Below, piece by piece: positions 61,716 through 64,000 of a stretch of 64,000 bases of DNA. Below the pieces are notes generated by a model, which was not told the DNA's origin, did not search any database, and saw only the letters and a list, made by a program, of their open reading frames with translations. A program made the translations under genes and the position numbers. Source of the stretch: a virus. Location of the stretch: IMG/VR virus record IMGVR_UViG_3300013901_000001; one strand, 5' to 3'. Positions within the stretch are counted from its first letter, which is position 1. Each line of letters starts with the position of its first letter.

Positions 61716-62292
61716 TCCAAAGTACTCACATTCGATCGGAGATTGCGTGATTTATTCATTTCCACTTGCGACCAGAAGGTTAAGCAGAAATGTAGATTAT
61801 GTAACGGTACATATTTACGAAGAAATTAAAGACCAGTTTTACTTCGGTAAAAAGATTTCTATTTCTGGCGAAATGAGAACTTACAGGGGAAGAGGGGATG
61901 ACGATAAACTTCACCTTCACCTTTATATAATGCCCTATGCAATAGATACAAATTCGGAGTTAATTGGAGAGGACGAAGACACCGGAGTTATCGAAGGGGA
62001 AATTCAATGGATTATTCCCTTGAGGAAGACTCCCAGAGGTCGAACAATCGTTGATTTTTGCTTGAAAAGCAAAAGGTTTAACGGAAAATACGACACCATT
62101 CCTTGTATTGCATGGGAAGAAAATGCGAAAGATATTTCCTTACTAAAGACGGGACATAAATTGAAAGTGAAAGGACGGTTGCAGAGCCGTGAATATGTAA
62201 AGAAATTTGAAAGTGGAGAAGTGGAAGTGAGAACCGCATATGAATTTTCTGTTTTCAAAATAGAAGGGAGAGGAAATGAAGATGAAAATTAA
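61669..62292 (+). CDS. OB-fold ssDNA-binding-like protein (two OB-like halves)
   Basis: IQITGTVQDNPKYSH... and ...VKGRLQSREYVKKFESGEVEVRTAYEFSVFKIE patterns. Confidence 0.45.
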   Translation: MKELNEIQITGTVQDNPKYSHSIGDCVIYSFPLATRRLSRNVDYVTVHIYEEIKDQFYFGKKISISGEMRTYRGRGDDDKLHLHLYIMPYAIDTNSELIGEDEDTGVIEGEIQWIIPLRKTPRGRTIVDFCLKSKRFNGKYDTIPCIAWEENAKDISLLKTGHKLKVKGRLQSREYVKKFESGEVEVRTAYEFSVFKIEGRGNEDEN

Positions 62293-64000
62293 ACACGTAT
62301 TTGCACAGAATTTCTGCAAGTTTACAGGAACAAAGACGATTGACTTTGATTTTTCGGACAAGACGATCGTTTCCGGAGCAAATGAAGCCGGAAAGTCTAC
62401 GATTAAGACATTGATTTACTGGATCCTGAATTGCCGTGATGAAAACGGTAAGGAGATTACCGGAATCAGACCGCATGATAAAGACGGCGTGTACATGGAC
62501 AACGTGGAAACGGTCGGTTCGGTCACCTTTGATATTGACGGTGAAGAAAAAACCATGAAAAAGGTATTTCGGCAGAATATCAATAAGAAAGGCGAGTTTA
62601 CCGGAAATGTTACAGATTATTACGTCAATGATATTCCGAAAAAAGCCACGGATTATGCGGATTTCATTAGTGAACGGATTGTTTCTGACGGTAAATTACC
62701 GTACTGCATTAATTCTATGACGTTACTGCTTAAAAATTCCACAGAACAGCGTGCGATGTTGCATGATACGTTCGGTCAACATACCGATGCGGATATCTGC
62801 GATATGTTCCCGGAATTTGAACCGTTGAAATCCATTCTTTCAGACGGAACAATCGAGGAACTGAAAAAGCGTTGCAACACACAGTTGAACGGAACAAGAG
62901 GTAAGAACGGCAGTAAGGGATTGAACGACTTACTTGACGAGATCCCTAGCCGTATTGATGAAGTCAGCCGACAGAAAGTTGACCTTGATTTTGCAGAACT
63001 GGAACTGCAAAAGAACGAGATCCTTGAAAGAATTGCACAGATTGACAAGTCATTATCAGACAATGAAGAACTTCTTGAAGAGGAAAAGAAGAAATCCGAC
63101 GGCATTCTGGAATTAAAATTTAAGGTTTCGGAATTGCAGAACAAAGCCAACAATGAAAATGACAAGAAACGTGCTGATATCCGGTCAAAGATCAGTCGTT
63201 TGGCGAACAACAGAGTGCAGTTAGATGCCGAAATTAAGGATCTTACTTTCAAGGACAAGTATCTTTCCAATTCGATTCTTGAGAAAGCAGAAGAACGTAA
63301 GAAACTTGCGGAGAAATGGAAGACGGAACATGACCGTGTATTTGACGATTCTACACTGGTTTGCCCTTATTGCGGTCAAGAATACCCAGAAGAGAAAAAA
63401 GACCAGTTAAAGGCTGAATTTCAGCAACACAAGGCTGATGAATTGAAGCGCATCGAAGAAGAGGGCATGAATCTGAAATCTTATATTGATGACGGAAATG
63501 CAGAGATTTCAAAGATGCATGAGTCTATTGAAGAAAAGAACACAGAATTGCAGAAAATTCTTGATGAGATTGCAAATCTGAACGCAGAATACAATGCAAT
63601 TCCGGCTGTCGTGGATATTTCCGATACGGAAGAGGTAAAGGAAATACAGAAACAGATTTTGGAAATGGAAGCTGCGATGAAAAAAGAAAATTCCATTGAT
63701 GATATCAGAGTGAAACACAAAGCAGAAAGAGACCTTGTGAATGCAGAATTGGCAGAGGTTCAAGCTAAAATTGCGAAGTCGGCGTTCAATGCACAATTAG
63801 ATGACAGAATCGCAGAACTGGAAGAGGAAAAGAGAGATATTGCACAGAAAATCACAGACGTTCAGGCACAACTTGACCTGTTGAAACGGTTTAGCTGGAA
63901 GAAAAATGAACTTCTGGAAGCTGATGTGAACAGTTACTTGAATTTCTGCAAGGTGAAAATGTTCCGTCCTCTTATTAACGGTGACACAGAAGAATGCTGT
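62276..64000 (+). CDS. SMC/SbcC-like AAA ATPase, 3'-truncated by window edge
   Basis: ATG at 62276. Walker A GANEAGKST, then long coiled-coil sequence. Open to nt 64000, so absent from the ORF track. Confidence 0.7.
   Translation, partial: MKMKIKHVFAQNFCKFTGTKTIDFDFSDKTIVSGANEAGKSTIKTLIYWILNCRDENGKEITGIRPHDKDGVYMDNVETVGSVTFDIDGEEKTMKKVFRQNINKKGEFTGNVTDYYVNDIPKKATDYADFISERIVSDGKLPYCINSMTLLLKNSTEQRAMLHDTFGQHTDADICDMFPEFEPLKSILSDGTIEELKKRCNTQLNGTRGKNGSKGLNDLLDEIPSRIDEVSRQKVDLDFAELELQKNEILERIAQIDKSLSDNEELLEEEKKKSDGILELKFKVSELQNKANNENDKKRADIRSKISRLANNRVQLDAEIKDLTFKDKYLSNSILEKAEERKKLAEKWKTEHDRVFDDSTLVCPYCGQEYPEEKKDQLKAEFQQHKADELKRIEEEGMNLKSYIDDGNAEISKMHESIEEKNTELQKILDEIANLNAEYNAIPAVVDISDTEEVKEIQKQILEMEAAMKKENSIDDIRVKHKAERDLVNAELAEVQAKIAKSAFNAQLDDRIAELEEEKRDIAQKITDVQAQLDLLKRFSWKKNELLEADVNSYLNFCKVKMFRPLINGDTEECC

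Noticed and set aside
56772-64000. The lysogeny switch and early genes after the lysis cassette read as a second, adjacent prophage.
   Set aside because: No att site, integrase or host genes separate the two parts. The early genes at the right edge (SMC-like ATPase) fit with the recombination/replication genes at the left edge, and attP appears intact. A single permuted genome is simpler, though this needs the full contig.

Overview
The window looks like most of one temperate, siphovirus-type phage genome from a low-GC, probably spore-forming Firmicute. All calls are hand readings of the sequence and ORF track. No searches or folding programs were run.

Gene order:
- 1-15.1 kb: replication and DNA-modification genes.
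- 15.1-16.5 kb: tyrosine integrase next to an apparently intact attP built around a tRNA 3'-end core.
- 16.8-24.6 kb: cargo and regulatory genes of unknown function.
- 24.6-31.9 kb: a mostly non-coding, RNA- and repeat-rich accessory region. It also holds a possible small terminase, a serine recombinase and a tRNA-Gln.
- 31.9-52.4 kb: packaging, head and tail genes.
- 51.6-54.4 kb: a diversity-generating retroelement (DGR).
- 54.7-56.7 kb: lysis cassette.
- 56.8-58.7 kb: divergent repressor/Cro switch.
- 59-64 kb: early genes running off the window.

Main findings:
1. The DGR has one template repeat and three variable regions. Two of them sit in paralogous small genes in the early region, 41-48 kb from the reverse transcriptase.
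2. A minus-strand operon of four mini-ORFs is punctuated by two hammerhead type II-like motifs and two tRNA-like acceptor/T-arm minihelices.
3. A multispecific cytosine-5 methyltransferase gene is broken by six frameshifts. Four lie in simple-sequence repeats: (ACTT)5.75, (GAGCA)11, G10 and G9.
4. A 43-bp direct repeat brackets a 12.5-kb segment carrying a resolvase, the integrase, attP and cargo.
5. A tRNA-Gln is followed by about 460 nt of structured non-coding RNA containing a tRNA-like module.
6. Hairpin, iteron and operator arrays lie near a putative terS, which is separated from terL by a recombinase-bearing insertion.
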